Of a stretch of 64,000 nucleotides of DNA, positions 49,151 through 61,179 are shown in pieces; position 1 is the stretch's first letter; each line of letters starts with the position of its first letter. The stretch covers positions 23,686,001 through 23,750,000 of the forward strand of contig NC_086118.1 in the NCBI RefSeq assembly GCF_963921235.1, written 5' to 3'. Below the pieces are notes generated by a model, which was not told the DNA's origin, did not search any database, and worked only from the letters and a program-made list of their open reading frames with translations. The position numbers and the translations under genes are program-made. The stretch is from Mobula hypostoma. Taxonomy: Eukaryota.

Positions 49151-51349
49151 AAGATTCCTGAACAGTTTGCCTGGTGTTGACATTGGTGCATGTGGAGAAG
49201 TCCTTCAAAGAGCCCTGAGGGATCTGCAATTTACTACTATTCAATGAGAAAGGCCATTAATTCCTATGTAAATGTAAATTTCCATACAGAAAAATACATG
49301 ATATCTTTGTTTCCATTAAATATATTTGATAATATGGATTTTGCACAAAAATTTGTGCTTGTGTATTTAATTAATAGTTATTATTTATTATAGACTCATC
49401 AGCACTTAACTAGTGGTACTGATATCAAGCTCATGATATGTATGAGAAATATGATATCCTTGATCACTGGGTGGCTATTCACATGTGAGTAATTTTTAAA
49501 GAATTAAGTTTCGGTAAATGTATATTTTGTTATGGTTGAGCACCTGACACTTTCAATAATCACACATTTATAATCTGTTCCTATAAATTTCTCTAACATA
49601 TGTTCTTTAATTCACTGAACTGCAAAAGATTAAATGATCTTTTCTCAAGTCCCATCAGTTTGTCAAAGGATTTATTCCAGTATCTTTGTATAAAGACCTA
49701 ATCAATAATGGTTAATTGTCCAGAAAGGTATAATCCCACAAACTCCCTGAAGTCCACTTTATCATCACAATGGCTATCTAACTAAATGCTCAGAAATTTA
49801 AAATCATCATAGGCCTACACATTGAAATTACAATAACTGGGAGAGTCACTATAGATCTCACACTCTGGTTTAGCTGGAATTAATAGTGGGGAATGTTATC
49901 TTTATGAATCTTTAAAAATCAAGTGATAAAGTTCTTGCTTAAAACTCTGACTGGAAGGGTGTAATTAAGTGCTTATTTACTAATTGCTATTTTTGGCAGG
50001 GATAACAGTAGGAAATGCAACATATATTTGCTTAGATGATTAATTTACAAAATGTTTACTGATCTGATATGCAAGTGTGATCTATTTATATCAAGAGCAC
50101 TCTCAATGGTCCCTATCCCCATCCCCCTCCACTACAGTCCCCAACCTCCACTATTCCCGGAGAGTCAATCAAGACTTTTTTTAAAAACGAAAGTAAGATC
50201 AAGAGCTGTAGCACTGAATACACAAGAGAGAAGATGGTACTGTGTTTTTGCAAAATCTGGCAGGATTTCAAAAGTGAGATTAAATGGGAAATCCTACAAA
50301 GCAAATTTTTAATAGCAAACATACGGTCAGATGTAGTGTTAGATTACAATATACAAAGAGGCACATGCTCTTTTATTGCATTGCAAGGACTGCATTTGAA
50401 AGCAATCAAAAACATCACTGTCTTTATGTGCTTCTTTGTATGTTGATCATAACTTAAACTTCTGTTTATAGCTGTTCTGACTGAATCTGGATTGTTAAGG
50501 ATCATGGTATCATGGAGCAAAGAAAAACTATGAATTACGTTCAAACACTCATACTGTACTACCAGTTCATCTGAGCAATCCAAGGTATTCCCAGATTACT
50601 AATAAGACCCTCAGTTTTAAATTTCATCAGTGCTAATTACTGATTTTATTATGAATTTACATATGAATATTCCATCGTTCATTTGAACTTAATGAAAATA
50701 TTTTTAAAACTGTTGCCTGCTTATTTAACATGGTACCAAAATCATCAACCTGGGCTTCTCAAGGAGAAAAAATAAATTACCAAGGTTCAAAAATGCAAGA
50801 GTGGAAAGGTATGCATAGAAATTGACTTTCCCCTATTTTTGTAGCACTAACCTGTCTGTGTTTACTGCTGATGTCTATCTGGATCACCATTGATAAATAG
50901 TGAAGCTGGCCAAAAAGACATATTTAACAGCAGATGTATGTGCTAAAACAGGACCCGCTCAGTTTCCAATAGGACCACACTCAGTTGAGCTCAGCTGCCT
51001 TCAATTTGTTGCAGAACAATTTGAGAAGAGGATTAGCCCTTAAAGGCACACTCCCCACGGCGGTTAAACAACAGCGTCACATATTATGGCTGTCAAAGAG
51101 GAGAGAAAATGGCTGCAAGGAAGAGACATAAAGCCTGTAAGTTCACCAAGATGATTTACAGGCTCTAGTTTGTTAAAATTTCTGCCAGAAGGGATATCTT
51201 GCACACAAGGCTGAGTGTTACAGAGGTTGTGTGGAAAGCTACCACTGTCACCATTAAGCATGTTTGGGAGTTAGCCAAGCCTGGATTCTTCAGGAGTGAG
51301 AATCTATGAACAATGAAGAAACTTTGTAAGAAGTTTCATGATCACACAA

Positions 51350-52873
51350 GACATAGGGTTCTGAAACAGGTAGCGTTAGAGATTGTGGTGGCATTAAAAA
51401 TGATCTTTCAAAACATCACTGTCTCTGGCATCATGCCAGAGGACTGGAAAATTGCAAATGTTACACCACTCTTTAAGAAAGGAAGAAGGCAGCACAAAGG
51501 AAATTATAGACCAGTCACCTGACCTCAGTGGTTGGGAAGATGTTAGAGTTGATTGTTAAGGATGAGGTGATGGAGTACTTGGTGACACAGGACAAGATAG
51601 TCCAAAGCCAAGATGGTTTCCTTCAAGGAAAATCCTGCCTGATGAACCTGTTGGAATTCTTTGAGGAGATTACAAGTAGGATAGATAAAGGAGTTGCTAT
51701 GGATGTTGTATATCTAGACTTTCAGAAGGCCTTTGACAGGGTGCCACACATGAGACTGCTTACCAATTTAAGAGCCTGTGGTATTACAGGAAAGTTACTA
51801 ACATGGTTAAAGTGGGAATAAAAGGATCCTTTTCTGATTGGTTGCCAGTTACTAGTGGTGTTCTGCAGGGTTTAGTGTTGGGATGACTTCTTTTTATGCT
51901 GCATTTAAATGACTTAGATTATGGAATAGATGGCTTTGTTGCCAAGTTTGCAGATGATGCGATGATTGGTGGAGGAGTAGGCAGTGTTGAAGAAACAGGC
52001 AGGATGCAGAAGGACTTAGACAGATTAGGAGAATGAGCAAGAAAGTGGCAAATGAAATATAATGTTGGAAAATGCATGGTCACGCGCTTTTATAGTAGAA
52101 GTAAATGTGCGGACTGTTTTCTAAACGGGAAGAAAATCCAAGAATCTGAGATGCAGAGGGACTTCGGAGTCCTTGTGCAGGACACTCTGAAGGTTAACTT
52201 GCAGGTTGAGTCGGTGGCGAGGAAGGCAAATACAATGTTAGCATTAATTTCAAAAGATCTAGAATACAAGAGCAGGGATGTGATACTGAGGCTTTATAAG
52301 GCACTGGTGAGGCCTCACCTTAAGTATTGTGAACAGTTTTGGGCCCCTCATCTTAGAAAAGATGTACTGACATTGGAGAGGGTCGAGAGGAGGTTCACAA
52401 GGATGATTCCAGGAATGAAAGGGTTATCATATGAGGAACATTTGATGGCTCTGTGTCTGTACTTGCTGGAATTCAGAAGGTTGAGGGGGGGATCTTATTG
52501 AAAACTTCCGAATGACAGAGTAGATGTGGAAAGGATGTTTCCCATGGTGGGAGAGTATAGGACAAGAGGGCACAGCCTTGGGATAGAGGGGCGCCCTTTC
52601 GAAACAGAGATGTGGATAAATTTCTTTAGCCAAAGGGTGGTGAATTTGTGGAATTTGTTGCCACATGCAGCTGTGGAGGCCAGGTTGTTGGGTGTATTTA
52701 GGGCAGAGATTGGTAGGTTCCTGATTGGACATGGCATCAAAGGTTACGGGGAGAAGGCCGGGAACTGGGGTTGAGGAAGAGATAAAAAAAAGTGATCAGC
52801 CATGATTGAATGGTGGAGCAGACTCGATGGGCCTGATGGCCTAATTCTGCTCCTATGTCTTATGATCTTATGG
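51350..52873 (+). mobile_element. CR1-type LINE, 1.5 kb RT-containing 3' portion with stops and frameshifts
   Basis: PEDWKIANVTPLFKKG..GNYRPV, DVVYLDFQKAFDRVPH, KFADD (about 51944-51958), RPHLKYCEQFW; (TCTTATGG)-like tail. Confidence 0.95.
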
Positions 52874-54195
52874 ATATGTCAAGGAGAGCTATGCAACTCT
52901 GAAAAGGTCAGATTTCTATATGGATAATGCACATGCATACTCCCTCACCCTCTCTCTTATACTGTAAACTTACATCCTCAAATTTCAAAGTATACTTATT
53001 ATTACTGTATGTCTACTATGTACAACCTTGAAATTCATCTTCTTCCAGGCAGCCACAACAATTGTACCCATTAAAAAAGACCATCAAACACCCAATGTAC
53101 AATTAAATTACATTGTGCGATCAATAAAAAGTAAACAAATAACACTCAGAACTAAAGTTCATGAAAGTAAGTCCACAGCCACAATGGCAGTTAACTGTGG
53201 CATCTGATCCAGCAGCCTGTTAGTTGTAGGCCACAGCCTCAGCTCATCGCAGAGACGAGTAATCCTTGCATGCTTTACCACAATGCTGCTGCATCTCCTT
53301 CATGACATTTGGGCTCTAGTTGCCAATTGCAACAATTGGCTGGTTTTCCTTTTCAGGGTATTGGGAAAGCCCTAATTTCCGAACTGCATAGTAATATCCT
53401 AGATGTTAACAGACCACAGTCTGCCATCAAACGTGGCCATCTGGTGTGGGGGCTCACTGGAGGAAATGCTGCAAATCCGTACGCCCCTGAGGTCTCGGAT
53501 GAGGACTTTAATTGGGATGTTCTCATAACAAGGCAGTCATGGGCAGATCACAACATTTTTAATGATCTGCCAGGTTGTCCCAACCAAATAAGGAAATGAA
53601 AAGGATCAAGGAGGAGTATATCTTCACTCCTTCAATAGCAGTTTGTGCGAAGCTGGAAGATCAGATGTTGATTCCACTGTGGTGTTGTTTGCAGTTGAAT
53701 GTTGGTGATCAGGAGCACACCATTGTACAGCTCTTACCCATATTTGTGGAAGCTACATACAAAGGTTGTATTACACCTTACTGCTTCTATGCAGTCTGAT
53801 CTTGATTGAGCTAAAGCTCTGTACTTTGAGTTGTATGACATGCCATCAGGGTGCAGCTTGCTGTACTCGAGGAGTAGGAAGGTGCCGTTCATGAGCAGTT
53901 GATTAGAGCTGTGGACTTCTTACAAAGAACTAGGCTCTTCAGCCCAACTCATCCGTGCTGACCCAGGTGCCTACCTAATCCAGCTCCATTTGCCTGTCTT
54001 TGGTCTGAATTCCTCTAAACCCTTCTTGTCTGCATACCTATCCAAATGTCTTTTACATGTTGCGATTGTACCAACTTCCTTTATTTTCTCTGTCAGCTTG
54101 TACCATGTACTGGCAGCTCGTTCTATATGTTCTCAGTGGACCCAGGAATGCCACCCATGAGCAACACACAGCTTCACAGGAGGAAAGGGGCTTTG

Positions 54196-55130
54196 CATAG
54201 AATCATAGAAAAGTACAGCACTGAAACAGGTCCTTCAATCTGTCTGGTCCACGTGGAGCCATTCCATCAACCTGCACCTGGACCATAGCCCTCCATAGCC
54301 CTACCATCCATGTACCTAACCAAACCTCCCTTAAACATTGAAATAAAGCTTGTATGCACCACTTGCCCTGGCAGCCCATTCCACACACTCACCACCCTCT
54401 GAGAGAAGTAGTTTCCCCTCATGTTCCCCCTAAACTTTTCACATTTCTTCTTTAACCCATGATCTCTAATTGTAGTCCCACACAACCTCAGTGGAAAAGG
54501 CCTGTTTGCATCTACCCTATCTATACCCCTCATAATTTTGTATACCTCTATCAAATCTCCTCTCAGTCTTCTACATTCCAAGGAATAACGTCCTAACCTA
54601 TTCAATCTTTCCTTATAACTCAGGTTCTCCAGACCTGGCAACATACCTGTAAATTTTCTCTGTACCCTTTCAAGTTTATTTACATCTTCCTTGTAGGTAG
54701 GTGAGCAAAACTGCACAAAATACTGCCAATTAGGTCTTACCAACGTCTTATACAACTTCAACATAACATCCCATCTCCTGTACTCAATACTTTGATTTAT
54801 GAAGGCAAATGTATCAAAAGTTTTCTTTACAACCCTATCTACCTGTGATGTCACTTTCAATGAATTATGGACCTGTATTCCCAGATCGCTTTGTTCTGCC
54901 TCACTCCCTATTGCCCTACCATTCACGGGCTAAGATTTACCCTGGTTGGTCCCACTGAAGTGCAACACTTCACACTTGTCTGCATTAAATTCCATCTGCC
55001 ATTTCTCAGTCCATTTTCGCAGCTGGTCTGGATCTGCTGTAACCATAATAGCCTTCCTTCACTGTCCACTACACCCCAATCTTGGTGTCATCCACAAATT
55101 TGTGATCCACTCAACCACATTATCATCTTG
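54196..55130 (-). mobile_element. CR1-type LINE 3' portion
   Basis: ORF 54267-54926 DLGIQVHNSLKV..LERVQRKFTGMLPGL..FSQRVVSVWNGLP; (CATAGAAT) tail at the left end. A smaller CR1 tail fragment lies at about 53925-54115. Confidence 0.93.
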
Positions 55131-55234
55131 ATCATTTCACTCTAAGCAACAAACTGTTCTTCTTGGATGGAAAGTAGGTGAACATCAGCCGATTGCCCCC
55201 TAGGAACATTTCTCTTTTACAGGAGCTCTGAAAT

Positions 55235-55698
55235 GGTCCCTGCTACTCTCTCATAGCAGTCATAGAGTCCATTCTCACGTACGGATGCAAGACGTGGACA
55301 CTCACCAAGACAATGCGAAAGTCTCTAGATGGTTGCTATACACGAATGCTCCGGATGGCTTTTGACATGAGTTGGCAACAGCACATGATGAACGTTGAGC
55401 TCTATGACGACCTACTGATGCTCACCACTAAAATCGAGGCGAGAAGACGGCAACTAGCGGGGCACTGTCTATGTCACCCCGAGCTACCTGCCAGCCCAGT
55501 CATCATATGGGAGCCCAAACACGGGAGGATGAACCGTGGCCGCGCTCCCAAGACTATGGTCAACACGCTCCTAGAAGATGGTGGCGCGGCTAACGTAGAT
55601 GAACTGAACACACTGATGAGGGAGAGGGAGAAGTGGAGAGCCTGTCATCGTGCCCGACGCTGGCTCCCTAGGCCTGAGTCGATGTAGTAGTGGTAGTA
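55235..55698 (+). mobile_element. RTE-clade LINE 3' end
   Basis: IESILTYGCKTWTLTK..LDGCYTRMLR..QLAGHC..WEPKHGRMNRGRAPKT..REKWR; (GTA)n tail. Confidence 0.88.
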
Positions 55699-56112
55699 CC
55701 CTGTCACATTTCTTCACAGTGCGCAGAGTCTGCTCATATTACACAGGGCAAATTTTGCCTGCAGGAAATGTTTATAAAATGGCCTCTGTCTGGCAGCTCA
55801 GCTCTTGGCCCGGAGGCAGGAGTCACTGTTGGACAGATCCAAGTGGCAACAGATCACATCACCATTATCTACCCAGTGCACTGTCAGCTCAGTTTGTGTG
55901 CGGTTTCAGCAAGGGCTTGTGTCACAGCCAAGAGCATGGCCCACAGCCATGTCAGCAGTCTGAATCCAGCCTCCTTAAGGTTAGAGATTGTCATTGTTTA
56001 TCAAGGATTGTTTATCAGTCCAGGAGAAAGGGAGCTTCCTTCCGGCAGCCAAAGAACACCCACACTAGGAACACTGAGGAATAATAACAGAGCATGGAGA
56101 CCTGTGAGCCAT

Positions 56113-56200
56113 GTGTCTCAGCCTGAAGCATCGACTGTCTATTCCTCTCCACATACGTTGCTGACCTGCTGAGTTCCTCCAGCAATTTGTGTGTTTTACT
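56113..56200 (+). mobile_element. Penelope-like extreme 3' end (truncated within the hammerhead)
   Basis: gtctcagcctgaagcatcgactg..gctgacctgctgagttcctccagcaatttgtgtgt. Confidence 0.7.
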
Positions 56201-58855
56201 CACAATGCTGTCAGATGGGAGAGTCACTAAGTGTGATAGTTTAGAGTCAAATCACAGAATTTTATATTTATAAATTATTTAATTGTACCTTTCTGTAAAT
56301 GATTCTCAATTCTGCTTAAATGCAACATCAGTTAGAGCAAATCACATCTGTCTTTGTGCAAAGATAACTGACGGCATTGTGGCAGCTGCTATTTCCATAG
56401 ACCTTCATGAAGGAAGATTGCTAATGTCATGAATGTCTGGGTAATATACTTAAAAAGAATACTCTTTTTGTCACTTGCTTTCCACTAGATACTCGGTGAT
56501 GCTTTCTCCCCATAAATTAGAGCCTCACTGCAGTAAAACATGTGATTATGAAATGATTAAGCTCAGGTCTCAATTGCTAGGTCATTATGGAAATAAGTGT
56601 ATACAGAGTCCAATTTTTAAAATGTCTCACTATGTGGAAATGCCTTACAATCAGTAGAAAATTAGGGTGGTGTTGTCCTTCTGAGAGTGCCCCTGATTGT
56701 CTTTCTCTTACCCCAACAGCTCTGAAGGCTTTCCCTCTTGACCCTTACATACTGGGTCTGTATGTTGCATCTCCTATTTTCGGTAGGCTAGGGTGTACAG
56801 CATGCAACATATCAGTGTGAAGTCTCTTCAACCTGTGATGTATATAATCAGGCAATGGAAGTGAGAAGGTTAGTTAGGTATTTTCGACAACAATTCTGAC
56901 CTAGACCTTGTATCAGGAGACATCAACATTGTTGTAAGAAGCCAAAAAACTAAAGGCTCCTCCAGAATCCTTCCAGTGAAGTGTTGTCAGGAGCCACAAC
57001 AGAGAAAGTCAGGGAATGGTTAGCTCAGAAAATGCAGTCTGCCTGTTCAACTCTGTGGTGCTTGAGCAATGTTTGAACTGCCAGCATCTAGATACGTAGC
57101 TGCTGAACCCAGATCTCCTGACAGCAAAAGATTGTCCTTTTAAGCAAAATTAAAGCAATAAATTAGAGTATGTGCTTCTCATTCTAATAAGGCTGTTGGA
57201 GGATGTGCTTCATGCACATTTTTTTCCCAAGAAGCTCAACAATGGAAAATGGTACAGAGGTGTTAACCTACATGTAGGTTTTAAACAGGAAAAATCTTTG
57301 ATATTTTGGCATGAAGTAATGCCACTTTTAGAATGATCAGTGACTCAGTCTTCTCAGGTAAAATAAGTCTTCTGTGATTAGCCCAGATAAAAAAAAAGAG
57401 TTGCTCAACTACAGCAATTAATACATAAATTATTTAGAGTCATAGACTTAGCTTTCAAAATAAATAGAGCATGAGATTAAGGATGGCATAGAAAAGGAAT
57501 GTGCTTCACTATTTGAGTGCATTATAAAGAGCATGTTAGATAACAAGACAGTGCGAATAGCCTTTGATTTCAGAGGAGCCAGACATTACGGTTGATAGCT
57601 GAAATGTTTGAGAATAAACTTAAATCCAAACCTTTTCATATACGAGTGGATGGGGATTTATGGGCGAGGTTGAAGTAGGGAAACCCAGTGTCAGAATATC
57701 TCTTGCACACATAAAACTAATCCATGCAGATCATACTGATGTCCATGAGTAGCACCGGCAATGTCCTTGAGCGATTTAGTGTGGATAGTCCAAAGATAAA
57801 GATAAACGTGAACAAGTTGCTTCTAAGGAAAGTCTCTGCTTCCTTTTACATGTCAACATTAAGATCACTGTCTGGGGCAGGCCTCCCACATGTTTAAGCA
57901 GGCATGAGCTCAAGCCTTAGATACACTGTCTGCAACATACCAAGTTGTTTACAAGTGTTGCAGATGTTGCTATATTTTATGCTGTGTCAAACTGTGTCTA
58001 ACCAAAGTTCAGTGGAAAGAGTCAACATGATGTGTTTACATTTGGGTTGAATGTTATAAAGACACATTGCAGTTATAAAAGTGTATGGCAACCTCCCTGC
58101 ATAAACATAGCCATCACTTTCAGGAAAAAACAAAATACTGCTGGTTATATATAACTTTTAAATGTTCAGCATTGGCATGAAGTGAAAAGCAGTATCTGTG
58201 TTTGTATGTGAATAAATTTGAAAGTTTTGGTATGAGGTTAAATTTGCAAGTAAGAGTGATACACTCTTTCCAGGGCTTGTGTGCACTCCCTAAATACGCT
58301 TTATAGCCAGGTAGTCATCTCATTCTGAAGCGAGAAGCAAATCCAGCACTGTCCCTTTGATGTTATAAATGTGAATAGCAATATAAATCCATTCATTTGA
58401 TCTCTTTTGCTGTGCTAGATTAATTCTTCGCAACAGTTAAATCACACAACTGGACTGGACAAGATTAGCTAAGATTTTGAACTTTGATAATTGACCAGTG
58501 ATTGACTATTCAAAAAATGATCATGTGTGCAACTTGGATAAGGGAGATCTGTTTAACAGCCTCAAAACATGACTCAAATGCAAATGGATCAGTGATATTA
58601 TCAAATATGATATTATTAAGCCTTTACTCTTCTATTCCTTTGAAAACATAGCAACAAGAAAAAATGAATATCAGTAATCAACTTTGTTTAGGAAACATTC
58701 ATATATTGGTTTCGACTCTTTGATTTTGTTCTGGCATTATTATTCTTTGCCCTTTTATGATATATATAAAACACACTGTCTTAATTTGCTTTAGAAGATT
58801 GTTTTCTATTGATGATGACTGATTAGTACTCAGCATGAACTATTTGTATCATCAA

Positions 58856-59473
58856 GGAGGGAGGAGAAGATGGTGGTGCGACGCAGCTCGCAACAGCCAC
58901 TCCGGTGAATGATATCTGTTATCTGTCAAGTAGGGTGCCGTGCACAATCCTTATTCGATGGAAACAGACGTGAGAGCACGGAGGAACATCTGGTGAAACT
59001 TCTGAAATGCCTGTTTCGCTGCCGCTGCTACTGTGTGATCCAGAATCTCCAGAGGGGAAGGCCCCGAGTCCTCGGCTTTGCTTGTTGCTCGGCAGAGATG
59101 GTGCTCGGTGCTCAGTGTCGGAGGGCTGGTCAGAGGCTCGAAGTTTTCAGATGGACTCAGAGTCAGCTGCGATTGAGTGCTTCCAATGCGTTGGCAAGTT
59201 TGCAGCGCTTCCGTCTGCGTGAAATGATGGGACTATCGTGACTTGAGACTTTTTTTACCATACCTATAGTCTCCTCTTTATCAAATTACGGTATTGCTTT
59301 GCACTGTTGTAACTGTATGTTATAATTATGCGGTTTTGTCAGTTTGAGTCTTGGTTTGTCCTGTGTTTCTTGTGATATCTTTCTGGAGGAACGTTGTATC
59401 ATTTTTTAATGCATGCATTTCTAATGACAATAAACGAGGACTGATTGTCCTCATAATCCAATCTAATCTAATC
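58856..59473 (+). mobile_element. Non-autonomous retroposon, copy C (full length)
   Basis: ggagggaggagaagatggtggtgcgacgcagc..., 3' aatgacaataaa..cataatccaatctaatctaat; colinear with copies A and B. Confidence 0.88.
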
Positions 59474-59539
59474 ATCCAACTCTTCATTATTCCTACCAAT
59501 CTAGTTTGTGGCTAATATCAAGCTGGGACTGGAGGAGCT

Positions 59540-60012
59540 CGGCACTGAGAACAACACAACCTGATTACTTCCCATTCATCACAGGGAACTTCAGCTAGAC
59601 CAGCTTGAAGAAGTCTCTGACAAACTACCATCAACATGTCACCTGTAGAGCCACAGAAGCCAATGCACTCGATTACTATTATACCACCACCAAGAGCGCC
59701 TACTGTGCCAACACACAGCCGCACTTTGGCAAGCCTGATCACCTGGCTGTACCTGTACTCTGAGCACATCGGCATCAACTGAGGGCCACAGTGTCGGTAG
59801 TAAGGATTGCAAGGTCAAGGTTATGGAGGAGCATTTACGCGACTGTTTTGAATCCGTGGGCTAAGCAGCGAGCTAGATATGTAGCATCCAAACTGGCGAT
59901 CCAGAAGCCCACAAGAAGTCCAGGCACAACCATGAGGGTGAACAGGAAATCCTTCTGAAGATAGAGAAGCAATCGTATACACAACAGCTGTGCTGAGGTT
60001 TGCATGCCATTA
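59540..60012 (+). mobile_element. Degraded Rex1/Babar-type internal fragment
   Basis: Shares ccagcttgaagaagtctctga..aactacca..aacat.tcacctgt with 42525-42570. Confidence 0.65.
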
Positions 60013-60610
60013 CTTCTGACTTACTGCCCATTACACCTGCTAATGTTTAGGGCAGCAATGAGGGTCCTCCATCTCTATTTGGCCTAGTCCGCAGGGCTTC
60101 CTTCATCATGCCAGTAGCTTCCTCTCAGCTTTCACTGCTGTCAGTCCCGGGTGAAGACTCAGGAATATCGTCGCACACAGATGTCAAAGGTATCTTCATT
60201 TCTGTTGCCGTTACAGTTTTGTTTGGCCAGTCACTGTTGTTAGCGCTGAGCTGAACTCCCGCACCTGGAGGACTAGTGGACTACTCTTAGTCTGGCCTCC
60301 ACCCTTTGACCTGCCTGGCATAGGTGACCCTACCAAGAGTCAAAACATAAGGCCCTGACTCCAGCCCGCAGTTCATTGGCTATATTTAAGAGGGAGTTAG
60401 ATATGGCCCTTGTGGCTACGGGGGTCAGGGGGTATGGAGGGAAGTCTGGGGTGGGGTTCTGAGTTGGATGATTAGCCATGATCATAATAAATGGCGGTGC
60501 AGGCTCGAAGGGCCGAATGGCCTACTCCTGCACCTATTTTCTATGTTTCTATAACTTTCTGGGTCACTGAGGCACATAAGCCTCCAAATCAGAACAAGGT
60601 TGTGGCCATT
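60012..60610 (-). mobile_element. Non-autonomous RTE-derived element (5'UTR joined to 3' end), interrupted by a CR1 tail at 60368-60552
   Basis: Minus-strand 3' end agatggaggaccctcattgctgccctaaac (RWRTLIAALN) plus gtaagt-type tail; 5' part ggtagggtcacctatgccaggcaggtcaaagggtggaggccagac resembles RTE 5'UTRs. Confidence 0.6.
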
Positions 60611-60696
60611 ACTTCCTATAAGGCAAAACTTAACAGCATAAATGGCTGTGATATTTTACTCCTGATGAGCTTGATGCCTTTCATACATGCATTGAT

Positions 60697-60990
60697 AGGC
60701 ATCCATTAGTCTCATGAGACCATGGATTTCCAGGGCGCAGGCCTAGGCAAGGTTGTGTGGAAGACTGGCAGTTGCCCGTGCTGCAAGTCTCCCCTCTCCA
60801 CGTCACCGATGTTGTCCAAGGGAAGGGCACTAGGGCCGATACAGCTTGGCACCGGTGTTGTCGCAGAGCAATGTGTGGTTAAGTGCCTTACTCAAGGACA
60901 CAATACGCTGCCTCAGCTAAGTCTTGAACTAGCGACCTTCAGATCACTATACCGATGCCTTAACTACTTGGCCATGTGCCAACACAAATG
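60697..60990 (-). mobile_element. tRNA/CORE-like SINE, second copy
   Basis: Reverse complement of 17235-17540; 11-bp TSD catgcattgat/cacgcattgat. Confidence 0.9.
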
Positions 60991-61179
60991 CACGCATTGA
61001 TGGAGAGAATAACACTATACCTGGGTGAATCCCCTGATTAATGGATAACCCTATTATCTCTGTCTCAGAGGTCGACAGCAGAGCATCTTTTACGAAGGTG
61101 AGCCTTCTCAAGGTGCCAGGCCCCATTGTGTACCAGGCAGGGCACTGAAAATCTGTGCCAACCAACTAGCTGCAGTGAT

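Noticed and set aside
34810..53471. Shared 16-mer ctggaggaaatgctgc at about 34810 and about 53457
   Set aside because: The flanks do not align; treated as chance.
55690..56172. 160-aa and 144-aa ORFs after the RTE tail
   Set aside because: No recognisable motifs; one starts in the RTE end and the other runs into a Penelope fragment.
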